Assembly (NCBI GenBank): GCA_000002445.1
Contig: CM000208.1
Coordinates: 544,001 to 608,000 of the forward strand
DNA: 64,000 nucleotides
Source of the DNA: Trypanosoma brucei
Taxonomy: Eukaryota
Direction: 5' to 3'
The position numbers and the translations under genes were made by a program. This document shows, piece after piece, positions 1-10,303 of the stretch (positions are counted from its first letter, which is position 1; the number at the start of each line of letters is the position of its first letter). Below the pieces are notes generated by a model. That model worked only from the letters and a program-made list of their open reading frames with translations. It had not been told where the DNA came from and ran no database searches.

Positions 1-174
1 TAAGCAATAGCAAAGAAAAAAAAATAACAATATTAAAAAAAGATGAAAATATCATATCAAAAATAATAATAATATTTTACGAAAAAGAAACAAAAAATAT
101 TTAAATATCCTTCTCCCCACGCTATTTAAGTGTTTATTAAAAGTTAACTCTCACGTGAAAGTAAAGTAACAGCC

Positions 175-1525
175 ATGGGAAAGGAAAAGGTGCACATGAA
201 TCTTGTGGTGGTGGGCCACGTCGATGCCGGTAAATCCACTGCAACGGGTCACTTGATCTACAAGTGCGGTGGTATTGACAAACGTACGATCGAGAAGTTC
301 GAGAAAGAAGCTGCCGACATTGGTAAGCGCCTCATTCAAGTACGCATGGGTGCTGGACAAGCTGAAGGCTGAGCGCGAACGTGGTATCACGATCGACATT
401 GCACTGTGGAAATTCGAGTCACCCAAGTCTGTCTTCACTATTATTGATGCTCCTGGGCACCGTGACTTCATCAAGAACATGATCACCGGCACATCGCAAG
501 CCGACGCAGCCATCCTCATCATTGCCTCTGCGCAGGGTGAGTTCGAGGCTGGTATCTCCAAGGATGGACAGACCCGCGAGCACGCGTTGCTGGCCTTCAC
601 TTTGGGTGTGAAGCAGATGGTTGTGTGCTGCAACAAGATGGACGACAAGACTGTGAACTACGGACAGGAGCGGTATGACGAGATTGTGAAGGAGGTGTCT
701 GCTTACATCAAGAAGGTTGGGTACAACGTGGAGAAGGTGCGCTTCGTCCCCATCTCCGGATGGCAGGGCGACAACATGATTGAGAAATCCGAGAAGATGC
801 CATGGTACAAGGGTCCAACGCTCCTGGAGGCACTAGACATGCTGGAGCCACCAGTGCGTCCGAGCGACAAGCCCCTGCGTCTGCCACTGCAGGACGTGTA
901 CAAGATCGGTGGTATTGGCACCGTGCCCGTTGGTCGTGTGGAGACCGGCGTGATGAAGCCTGGTGATGTGGTGACGTTTGCCCCCGCCAACGTGACGACC
1001 GAGGTGAAATCGATCGAGATGCACCACGAGCAGCTCGCTGAGGCGACCCCCGGTGACAACGTCGGCTTTAACGTGAAGAACGTTTCTGTAAAGGACATCC
1101 GCCGTGGCAACGTCTGCGGTAACACCAAGAACGACCCCCCAAAGGAGGCCGCCGACTTCACGGCACAGGTGATCATCCTGAACCACCCCGGACAGATTGG
1201 AAACGGTTATGCGCCCGTGCTGGACTGCCACACATCGCACATTGCCTGCAAGTTCGCGGAGATCGAGTCGAAGATCGACCGTCGCTCTGGCAAGGAGCTG
1301 GAGAAGGCTCCCAAGTCGATCAAGTCTGGCGACGCCGCGATCGTGCGCATGGTGCCGCAGAAGCCTATGTGCGTGGAGGTCTTCAACGACTACGCGCCAC
1401 TCGGCCGCTTTGCCGTGCGTGACATGCGCCAGACCGTCGCTGTCGGTATCATCAAGGCCGTGACCAAGAAGGACGGTTCTGGTGGTAAGGTGACGAAGGC
1501 TGCGGTGAAGGCTTCGAAGAAATAA
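175..1525 (+). pseudogene. TEF1: EF-1 alpha copy 1, disrupted by a 1-nt insertion (extra c near 328; ggtaagCgcctc versus ggtaaggcctc in copies 2 and 3). This is either a frameshifted pseudogene or a sequencing error.
   Basis: The ORF track splits the gene into 175..372 and 269..1525. The sequence is otherwise identical to copies 2 and 3. Confidence 0.6.
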
Positions 1526-2224
1526 ACAATGGTCCCTACCGCGTCACAGCGTATGAAGGCCACATTGCAATTTAGCGTGGGACATTGCATAAATGACGGT
1601 GGTGGGGGTCACTGTTTGAGGGCGTGTCTTAAGCTGGATTGAATGATGTGGTGACGGATCCAAGGAGGTAGAAGAGGATGTAAGGGGTATGAAGGGAAGA
1701 GAAATGGGAAAAGAGATTAAATGATATTAATAGGAAAATGAAAATGATATTTTAGTGCAAAGAAAAAACTATAACAATTAACACTGAATAACTACGGAAA
1801 AGAAAATGAATACTCAATAATAACAATAATAACCAGAATACCACGACTCTGAGCGGAGGTAGATAATATGCTGAGACGAACACAGGAAAAGAAACATAAT
1901 GAGGAGTGGTAATAAGCAATCGTAATGCATCATGATAAAATATTTGTGGGTAGATGACTGCGGAAAAACGTAACACAGCTGGGTTGGTGCTTTTGAAGGA
2001 ATGCTGTTGGCTGCTGTAACGTGAAAATAATGGTGCACCGAGTACAAACCCGCAAGGTGCAAAGGGGGAGTGCAATAAATGAGAAGCTGTAACTCCTAGG
2101 CACAGCTCGACGGTCTCTTAAGTTTGGCATTGCCTCCTCCTTGAATTGGATACGTACACACAAGCCCTTGTGCCGCCGCTTGACGGTGGTGTGGACACGT
2201 ATACCCATATGCATGTCACTGCGC

Positions 2225-2292
2225 CACTCTTCTTTCTTCTTGTTTTTTGTTATCGTCTATTGTGCGTACTGCCGTATACGTTGTTTACTAGG
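2225..2292 (+). promoter_or_regulatory. Polypyrimidine tract plus downstream AG; candidate spliced-leader trans-splice acceptor region for EF-1 alpha copy 2. Equivalent tract at 4400..4475 for copy 3.
   Basis: cactcttctttcttcttgttttttgttatcgtctattgtg followed by ctag about 60 nt upstream of the ATG. This is the typical organisation of trypanosomatid mRNA processing signals. Confidence 0.4.
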
Positions 2293-2351
2293 TCTTCGCT
2301 ATTTAAGTGTTTATTAAAAGTTAACTCTCACGTGAAAGTAAAGTAACAGCC

Positions 2352-3701
2352 ATGGGAAAGGAAAAGGTGCACATGAATCTTGTGGTGGTGGGCCACGTCG
2401 ATGCCGGTAAATCCACTGCAACGGGTCACTTGATCTACAAGTGCGGTGGTATTGACAAACGTACGATCGAGAAGTTCGAGAAAGAAGCTGCCGACATTGG
2501 TAAGGCCTCATTCAAGTACGCATGGGTGCTGGACAAGCTGAAGGCTGAGCGCGAACGTGGTATCACGATCGACATTGCACTGTGGAAATTCGAGTCACCC
2601 AAGTCTGTCTTCACTATTATTGATGCTCCTGGGCACCGTGACTTCATCAAGAACATGATCACCGGCACATCGCAAGCCGACGCAGCCATCCTCATCATTG
2701 CCTCTGCGCAGGGTGAGTTCGAGGCTGGTATCTCCAAGGATGGACAGACCCGCGAGCACGCGTTGCTGGCCTTCACTTTGGGTGTGAAGCAGATGGTTGT
2801 GTGCTGCAACAAGATGGACGACAAGACTGTGAACTACGGACAGGAGCGGTATGACGAGATTGTGAAGGAGGTGTCTGCTTACATCAAGAAGGTTGGGTAC
2901 AACGTGGAGAAGGTGCGCTTCGTCCCCATCTCCGGATGGCAGGGCGACAACATGATTGAGAAATCCGAGAAGATGCCATGGTACAAGGGTCCAACGCTCC
3001 TGGAGGCACTAGACATGCTGGAGCCACCAGTGCGTCCGAGCGACAAGCCCCTGCGTCTGCCACTGCAGGACGTGTACAAGATCGGTGGTATTGGCACCGT
3101 GCCCGTTGGTCGTGTGGAGACCGGCGTGATGAAGCCTGGTGATGTGGTGACGTTTGCCCCCGCCAACGTGACGACCGAGGTGAAATCGATCGAGATGCAC
3201 CACGAGCAGCTCGCTGAGGCGACCCCCGGTGACAACGTCGGCTTTAACGTGAAGAACGTTTCTGTAAAGGACATCCGCCGTGGCAACGTCTGCGGTAACA
3301 CCAAGAACGACCCCCCAAAGGAGGCCGCCGACTTCACGGCACAGGTGATCATCCTGAACCACCCCGGACAGATTGGAAACGGTTATGCGCCCGTGCTGGA
3401 CTGCCACACATCGCACATTGCCTGCAAGTTCGCGGAGATCGAGTCGAAGATCGACCGTCGCTCTGGCAAGGAGCTGGAGAAGGCTCCCAAGTCGATCAAG
3501 TCTGGCGACGCCGCGATCGTGCGCATGGTGCCGCAGAAGCCTATGTGCGTGGAGGTCTTCAACGACTACGCGCCACTCGGCCGCTTTGCCGTGCGTGACA
3601 TGCGCCAGACCGTCGCTGTCGGTATCATCAAGGCCGTGACCAAGAAGGACGGTTCTGGTGGTAAGGTGACGAAGGCTGCGGTGAAGGCTTCGAAGAAATA
3701 A
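2352..3701 (+). CDS. TEF1: Translation elongation factor 1-alpha (449 aa)
   Basis: Full-length ORF with [10 protein letters not shown]1 motif, DAPGH and NKMD GTPase motifs. The protein is identical to copy 3. Confidence 0.95.
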
Positions 3702-4534
3702 ACAATGGTCCCTACCGCGTCACAGCGTATGAAGGCCACATTGCAATTTAGAGTGGGACATTGCATAAATGACGGTGGTGGGGGTCACTGTTTGAGGGCG
3801 TGTCTTAAGCTGGATTGAATGATGTGGTGACGGATCCAAGGAGGTAGAAGAGGATGTAAGGGGTATGAAGGGAAGAGAAATGGGAAAAGAGATTAAATGA
3901 TATTAATAGGAAAATGAAAATGATATTTTAGTGCAAAGAAAAAACTATAACAATTAACACTGAATAACTACGGAAAAGAAAATGAATACTCAATAATAAC
4001 AATAATAACCAGAATACCACGACTCTGAGCGGAGGTAGATAATATGCTGAGACGAACACAGGAAAAGAAACATAATGAGGAGTGGTAATAAGCAATCGTA
4101 ATGCATCATGATAAAATATTTGTGGGTAGATGACTGCGGAAAAACGTAACACAGCTGGGTTGGTGCTTTTGAAGGAATGCTGTTGGCTGCTGTAACGTGA
4201 AAATAATGGTGCACCGAGTACAAACCCGCAAGGTGCAAAGGGGGAGTGCAATAAATGAGAAGCTGTAACTCCTAGGCACAGCTCGACGGTCTCTTAAGTT
4301 TGGCATTGCCTCCTCCTTGAATTGGATACGTACACACAAGCCCTTGTGCCGCCGCTTGACGGTGGTGTGGACACGTATACCCATATGCATGTCACTGCGC
4401 CACTCTTCTTTCTTCTTTCTTCTTGTTTTTTGTTATCGTCTATTGTGCGTACTGCCGTATACGTTGTTTACTAGGTCTTCGCTATTTAAGTGTTTATTAA
4501 AAGTTAACTCTCACGTGAAAGTAAAGTAACAGCC

Positions 4535-5884
4535 ATGGGAAAGGAAAAGGTGCACATGAATCTTGTGGTGGTGGGCCACGTCGATGCCGGTAAATCCACT
4601 GCAACGGGTCACTTGATCTACAAGTGCGGTGGTATTGACAAACGTACGATCGAGAAGTTCGAGAAAGAAGCTGCCGACATTGGTAAGGCCTCATTCAAGT
4701 ACGCATGGGTGCTGGACAAGCTGAAGGCTGAGCGCGAACGTGGTATCACGATCGACATTGCACTGTGGAAATTCGAGTCACCCAAGTCTGTCTTCACTAT
4801 TATTGATGCTCCTGGGCACCGTGACTTCATCAAGAACATGATCACCGGCACATCGCAAGCCGACGCAGCCATCCTCATCATTGCCTCTGCGCAGGGTGAG
4901 TTCGAGGCTGGTATCTCCAAGGATGGACAGACCCGCGAGCACGCGTTGCTGGCCTTCACTTTGGGTGTGAAGCAGATGGTTGTGTGCTGCAACAAGATGG
5001 ACGACAAGACTGTGAACTACGGACAGGAGCGGTATGACGAGATTGTGAAGGAGGTGTCTGCTTACATCAAGAAGGTTGGGTACAACGTGGAGAAGGTGCG
5101 CTTCGTCCCCATCTCCGGATGGCAGGGCGACAACATGATTGAGAAATCCGAGAAGATGCCATGGTACAAGGGTCCAACGCTCCTGGAGGCACTAGACATG
5201 CTGGAGCCACCAGTGCGTCCGAGCGACAAGCCCCTGCGTCTGCCACTGCAGGACGTGTACAAGATCGGTGGTATTGGCACCGTGCCCGTTGGTCGTGTGG
5301 AGACCGGCGTGATGAAGCCTGGTGATGTGGTGACGTTTGCCCCCGCCAACGTGACGACCGAGGTGAAATCGATCGAGATGCACCACGAGCAGCTCGCTGA
5401 GGCGACCCCCGGTGACAACGTCGGCTTTAACGTGAAGAACGTTTCTGTAAAGGACATCCGCCGTGGCAACGTCTGCGGTAACACCAAGAACGACCCCCCA
5501 AAGGAGGCCGCCGACTTCACGGCACAGGTGATCATCCTGAACCACCCCGGACAGATTGGAAACGGTTATGCGCCCGTGCTGGACTGCCACACATCGCACA
5601 TTGCCTGCAAGTTCGCGGAGATCGAGTCGAAGATCGACCGTCGCTCTGGCAAGGAGCTGGAGAAGGCTCCCAAGTCGATCAAGTCTGGCGACGCCGCGAT
5701 CGTGCGCATGGTGCCGCAGAAGCCTATGTGCGTGGAGGTCTTCAACGACTACGCGCCACTCGGCCGCTTTGCCGTGCGTGACATGCGCCAGACCGTCGCT
5801 GTCGGTATCATCAAGGCCGTGACCAAGAAGGACGGTTCTGGTGGTAAGGTGACGAAGGCTGCGGTGAAGGCTTCGAAGAAATAA
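4535..5884 (+). CDS. TEF1: Translation elongation factor 1-alpha (449 aa)
   Basis: Identical protein to copy 2, with the same GTPase motifs. Confidence 0.95.
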
Positions 5885-6438
5885 ACAATGGTCCCTACCG
5901 CGTCACAGCGTATGAAGGCCACATTGCAATTTAGCGTGGGACATTGCATAAATGACGGTGGTGGGGGTCACTGTTTGAGGGCGTGTCTTAAGCTGGATTG
6001 AATGATGTGGTGACGGATCCAAGGAGGTAGAAGAGGATGTAAGGGGTATGAAGGGAAGAGAAATGGGAAAAGAGATTAAATGATATTAATAGGAAAATGA
6101 AAATGATATTTTAGTGCAAAGAAAAAACTATAACAATTAACACTGAATAACTACGGAAAAGAAAATGAATACTCAATAATAACAATAATAACCAGAATAC
6201 CACGACTCTGAGCGGAGGTAGATAATATGCTGAGACGAACACAGGAAAAGAAACATAATGAGGAGTGGTAATAAGCAATCGTAATGCATCATGATAAAAT
6301 ATTTGTGGGTAGATGACTGCGGAAAAACGTAACACAGCTGGGTTGGTGCTTTTGAAGGAATGCTGTTGGCTGCTGTAACGTGAAAATAATGGTGCACCTA
6401 GTAATTTTTTTATTTTTTTCATTTTTTAGTTTTATAGT

Positions 6439-7023
6439 ATGAGTGATAGTTTTGCTTTGGATGATGCTAGGCGAATTAAGAGGCGGCGACGGCTTAGTAG
6501 GATGTCGATAGAAGGGCGTCGGCGGCAGCTTCAATATCGTCGCCGTCACAATGAACGCGATGGTCGATTGTTGTATTGTGATTATTGTGATTTGTTTGTG
6601 TGTAGTTCTCTCAGAAGCTGGGGTGAACATGTTATAAGTGAACGGCACATGGAGAATATGGAATGCTATTATGCTATGGTTGAGGCATATGAACCTTCTT
6701 GGTTGGGTAGTATTTGTGACGATGTTTCTCGTGCCCATGTTGAAAATCATGTGAGGCGTCATCAGAGTGTGTCGGGAAAGGGCTCGAGTGTCCCTATTCC
6801 TGCTGTTGTTGCTGGACGTGTTGATGATCAGGAGATAATCGTGGGTGGTTTGCCAAAACCGTCACGTACTGCTGCGGAAACTTATAATAATAGTTGCAAT
6901 ATTGCTGGTACTCCGTCGGTACGGGTTGCTGGAGTGCTTGTAGCTAGTGCTGCTCCTCCCGTGGTAAAGGTTGGTAACAAACCAGTAACGCCCACACCAC
7001 TTTCGGTCACGAAACGTGAATGA
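6439..7023 (+). CDS. Hypothetical protein with a matrin/U1-type C2H2 zinc finger (194 aa)
   Basis: Motif YCDYCDLFVCSSLRSWGEHVISERHMENM fits C-x2-C-x13-H-x5-H. There is a basic Arg-rich N-terminus. The ORF lies in a G+T-skewed segment just after the array boundary. The antisense ORF is nonsense-like. Confidence 0.45.
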   Translation: MSDSFALDDARRIKRRRRLSRMSIEGRRRQLQYRRRHNERDGRLLYCDYCDLFVCSSLRSWGEHVISERHMENMECYYAMVEAYEPSWLGSICDDVSRAHVENHVRRHQSVSGKGSSVPIPAVVAGRVDDQEIIVGGLPKPSRTAAETYNNSCNIAGTPSVRVAGVLVASAAPPVVKVGNKPVTPTPLSVTKRE

Positions 7024-7387
7024 CGTGACGGTGTAATGTTCTAAAGCAGTGATGGTGCTGACTGATGTTGTGACGTTTTTTTTTGTTTCTAGCTTGCCGT
7101 AGAATTGAGTTTCTAAATGGGGAGTTTTCAGAGTTTCTACCGTCTGTTTCTGAATTATTTTTGTATATCACCACTTTTCTATTATGTGTACTGGAATAAC
7201 TGGTTCACACTGTCGGTATCGCTTTTCCACCCTCTTATTTCCTTGCGTGTGTTTGCCGTTGTGGATCCAGGGACGTGTATTCGTCAAAAGTCTAACAGGT
7301 AGAGGGGAAGGCGCATACAGGTGCGTTCGTATCATTGGCGTTTTAACATTTTTGCTTTTTGTTCGTTTTCCTAGGTTTGTTAGCGGA

Positions 7388-9913
7388 ATGAAAACAAACA
7401 ACTTGGAGCGTCGCAGACAGATCCGGCAACAACTTCGTGCCTTCTACGGCGATAATTTAACGGCGAAGGATGAACCCGTAACCCGTGAGAGCGGCGAACC
7501 GGATCACAGCAGTGTCAGTATGAACACACGAGTAAATAGTATCCCGCCAGGGTTGGACATGGACTCCGATTCCTTCGACGTGGGGGAGTATACCACGGAG
7601 CTGTTCCGCGTTAAGTCTCTTAAAGGTGTTGTAGAGACGGATGCTTGGCTTGCGCGTACCGCCAGCCGTCTGGAGACGGAGCTGCGTGAACTCGTTTACC
7701 GCAACTATTCCAAGTTTATTTCGGCAACCGACACGATACGAGAGATAAGATCTGATGTCACGGAAATGGGTGGCAGGCTTCACGCCCTATCAGGAAATGT
7801 GGAAAATATTGACGATGTGTCGAAGGACGTGAGCGGGAAACTTCAGGAACACCGAAGTCGCATTGAGAAGGTGATCACAAAACACCGGATGCTCCGGAAG
7901 GCTCAGTTTTTGGTCGGACTTGCCGACACCATGCGGCTCCACATGGAGCGGAAAGAGCACAGTGAGTGCGTGCGCAAATGGGTAATGGGCGACAGCTTCA
8001 TTGCTAAGCACGCAAACATTCCAAAGATGGCAATTGTTCACAAGGAATGCAAAGAGCTTGCTATGCATCTGTATGGTGTTTTACGAGAGGAGGTGCTAAG
8101 TGTCTCCATGGAAAATCCTGACGCCTCAGAGGTAATCCGTCGGATCGTGGGAGAGCTACGTCTCTTGCGAGCTACCTCAATATTTGGTGAAGATAAGGAG
8201 ATAACGCCTCATGCAGGTACAGATGGCGCGTTGGCCCCGTTTGAGGAGGAAATATTGAGTGTCTTGAAAATAAATGTTAGGGAAGCTTTTGTCGTTGCTG
8301 TTCGGAGCTTTAATGCCACCATAGAAGCGGCGCTGCTAATTCCGGGTCTTTCTGAAATGCACCTTGAAGAGAGAGCAGGTGTCCTCATGCGCCCACGGTT
8401 GCAGGAGGCTTTGGCGCAGTTGAAAAGTTCACTTGCAATTTTTCACTCCGGCAGCGAGCAGCTGTGTAGTTTGTTCAATCAAAGGGATGAATCTGCTTTC
8501 TCCAAGTATATTATCGAAGAGGTGGAGCCGGTCCTGACGGATACTATTGTGGCAATTACAACACCCCTTGGTAACCTGCTTGTTGCCATTGTGGATGCTA
8601 TCGCAAAAGACGGCAGTAGCCTGTTAGGTTCACCTGCCACGGTGCAGACTGATCTCTCAACGGTTTTCACCACCCTCGCTAAACATCTCATGCACTACTC
8701 AACAACAATGAAGGGACTGGGCGTCACATACCTCAACAGTGCCATGAACCAACATAGTGAAAAGTATGCCGAGATGGTCGACAAGTCCGTGTTGGGCGTC
8801 TTACTCAAGTTTGTGAACTACTTGGAGACGCATGTTACGGAGACAAACGATGCACAAAAGACGAAATTGGGTGATGATAATGCAAGTGATCCACAAAAAC
8901 AACAGGAGGTATGCTTTAATATGTGCCTCTCGCGGTTTGTACTCGCCAACGCAGCTGTGGCGGCGGATCTGAAAAGCGTTTCAGCCATTATTGAAAGTGT
9001 TACCTCCAGGCGATCTGAGTTGATTGACCTTCAGAAGAAAAACGCTCGCCTCACCCGAGCTCTCTTGCGACGCGGCATTGTGCTCTCTGGTCAATTTTTC
9101 CTCAACTCTGCGCTGCCTGCCTTTTCCCCAGCAACCGCAGTTGATCCCTCAGCGAGCACAGCCTCCGAGCATGGAGGTATTGCCGTGTGCCTGCGCAACA
9201 CCGTTGTGAGGTTAGGCGAACTATACAACTTTTTGAAACAAGGTGTTGTGCCGAGCGTTGACGACGGCAACACCAAATGTGCCTCCCCACCTGCAGAGAA
9301 ACATCGCGGAAACGACAGCGCAAGTGGAAGCACGGCTGGAGGAAGCCAGTTATTATATAGCGCACCCGGTAGTGGACGCAATGCTGGAGCCACGAGGGCG
9401 ACACGGTTGGCGGTATGCTTTACGCGAAAAAAAGAAGATGCCCTACAAGCCAGTGTCGAGCGGATTTTCTCAAAGCAGTCACAGAACAATGCGGTACTTC
9501 AGACGATGCCACTTGAGTTCCGCGCGGCCTCCGTTGTAGCGGCAATTGCGGTTTATCTGGTGAAGGGTATTGTTGAATATGTGCGACGGGTGACCTTTAC
9601 GCGCTGTGGATTCCAGTGCGTGCAGACAAGCTGCACGTTTTTGCTCCATGCTTTCACCCCCACGGCACTGACATCGTCATCACCTGCTGGGACCAGTCAG
9701 AGTTTAAAAGTAACTGTCTCATTGGAGGAGTGGCTAAGTGATTGTGGCGATGAGCGGCTGTTGAAGGGGTTGCCATTTCTTCTTAATGAATGCTGTACCT
9801 GCGCATATGAGCGTTGTGGAGAGAAAGTACCTCTCACGGCGGTGGTGGTTGAACGGTTAGTGCGGTCTGTCTTGGAAGAGATGGAGGGCGTGTCGGTATC
9901 TGCCGAAGCCTAA
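7388..9913 (+). CDS. VPS51: Vps51 (GARP complex subunit) homologue, about 841 aa. The ORF track starts upstream at an alternative start codon; the first ATG is at 7388.
   Basis: N-terminal segment LETELRELVYRNYSKFISATDTIREI matches the signature of the Vps51/Vps67 family (human VPS51 has LVYENYNKFISATDTIRKM). Confidence 0.7.
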   Translation: MKTNNLERRRQIRQQLRAFYGDNLTAKDEPVTRESGEPDHSSVSMNTRVNSIPPGLDMDSDSFDVGEYTTELFRVKSLKGVVETDAWLARTASRLETELRELVYRNYSKFISATDTIREIRSDVTEMGGRLHALSGNVENIDDVSKDVSGKLQEHRSRIEKVITKHRMLRKAQFLVGLADTMRLHMERKEHSECVRKWVMGDSFIAKHANIPKMAIVHKECKELAMHLYGVLREEVLSVSMENPDASEVIRRIVGELRLLRATSIFGEDKEITPHAGTDGALAPFEEEILSVLKINVREAFVVAVRSFNATIEAALLIPGLSEMHLEERAGVLMRPRLQEALAQLKSSLAIFHSGSEQLCSLFNQRDESAFSKYIIEEVEPVLTDTIVAITTPLGNLLVAIVDAIAKDGSSLLGSPATVQTDLSTVFTTLAKHLMHYSTTMKGLGVTYLNSAMNQHSEKYAEMVDKSVLGVLLKFVNYLETHVTETNDAQKTKLGDDNASDPQKQQEVCFNMCLSRFVLANAAVAADLKSVSAIIESVTSRRSELIDLQKKNARLTRALLRRGIVLSGQFFLNSALPAFSPATAVDPSASTASEHGGIAVCLRNTVVRLGELYNFLKQGVVPSVDDGNTKCASPPAEKHRGNDSASGSTAGGSQLLYSAPGSGRNAGATRATRLAVCFTRKKEDALQASVERIFSKQSQNNAVLQTMPLEFRAASVVAAIAVYLVKGIVEYVRRVTFTRCGFQCVQTSCTFLLHAFTPTALTSSSPAGTSQSLKVTVSLEEWLSDCGDERLLKGLPFLLNECCTCAYERCGEKVPLTAVVVERLVRSVLEEMEGVSVSAEA

Positions 9914-10303
9914 CTTTCCTTTGTGACCGCTTCTTCATGCTATTTGATTTTCTGCTTTTACTCATTTACGTAGTGGTATTCTGTCATCTAATCTGCAGAG
10001 GGCAGAATATCATTCATTACTTCCGTTAGTCCCTTGTTGCTGTTGGTGAAGGTGATTTGGACTCATTGTCTCATGTTTTTGTTCCAGTGGAACGCTTCCC
10101 GCGGCGTCCGCCGTCTAACCTTTTTGTTTTTCCCTCTTGCTTGCAAAAAAATTTGGTTCAGCAAAGTGGGGGAAATTGCGAAGGGGAAAGTCTGATCAAA
10201 GCGTTTGCAGTTGGTTTTGCTTGCAGGTGAGGATCCAGTCAATCGTTTCGCAAGTTGAAGAAAGGAATTAACGGAAAAGAAAGTACATATATTATTGGAA
10301 AAA

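Larger units (their letters stand above)
121..6397 (+). repeat. Tandem array of EF-1 alpha units, about 2.9 copies of a 2177-2183 bp unit, near-identical including UTR and intergenic sequence
   Basis: Direct comparison shows 121..2297, 2298..4480 and 4481..6397 are essentially identical. Homology begins at gctatttaag (121) and breaks at 6397 (aatggtgcacc then tagtaa instead of gagtacaaac). Units differ by a 7-bp ttctttc indel in the polypyrimidine tract and by rare single-base differences. Confidence 0.95.

Noticed and set aside
151-5599. Repeated minus-strand ORFs inside the EF-1 alpha units (for example 151..648, 703..1176, 833..1240 and their copies)
   Set aside because: They are antisense to a highly conserved coding sequence, have low-complexity or nonsense-like composition, and recur only because the underlying unit is repeated.
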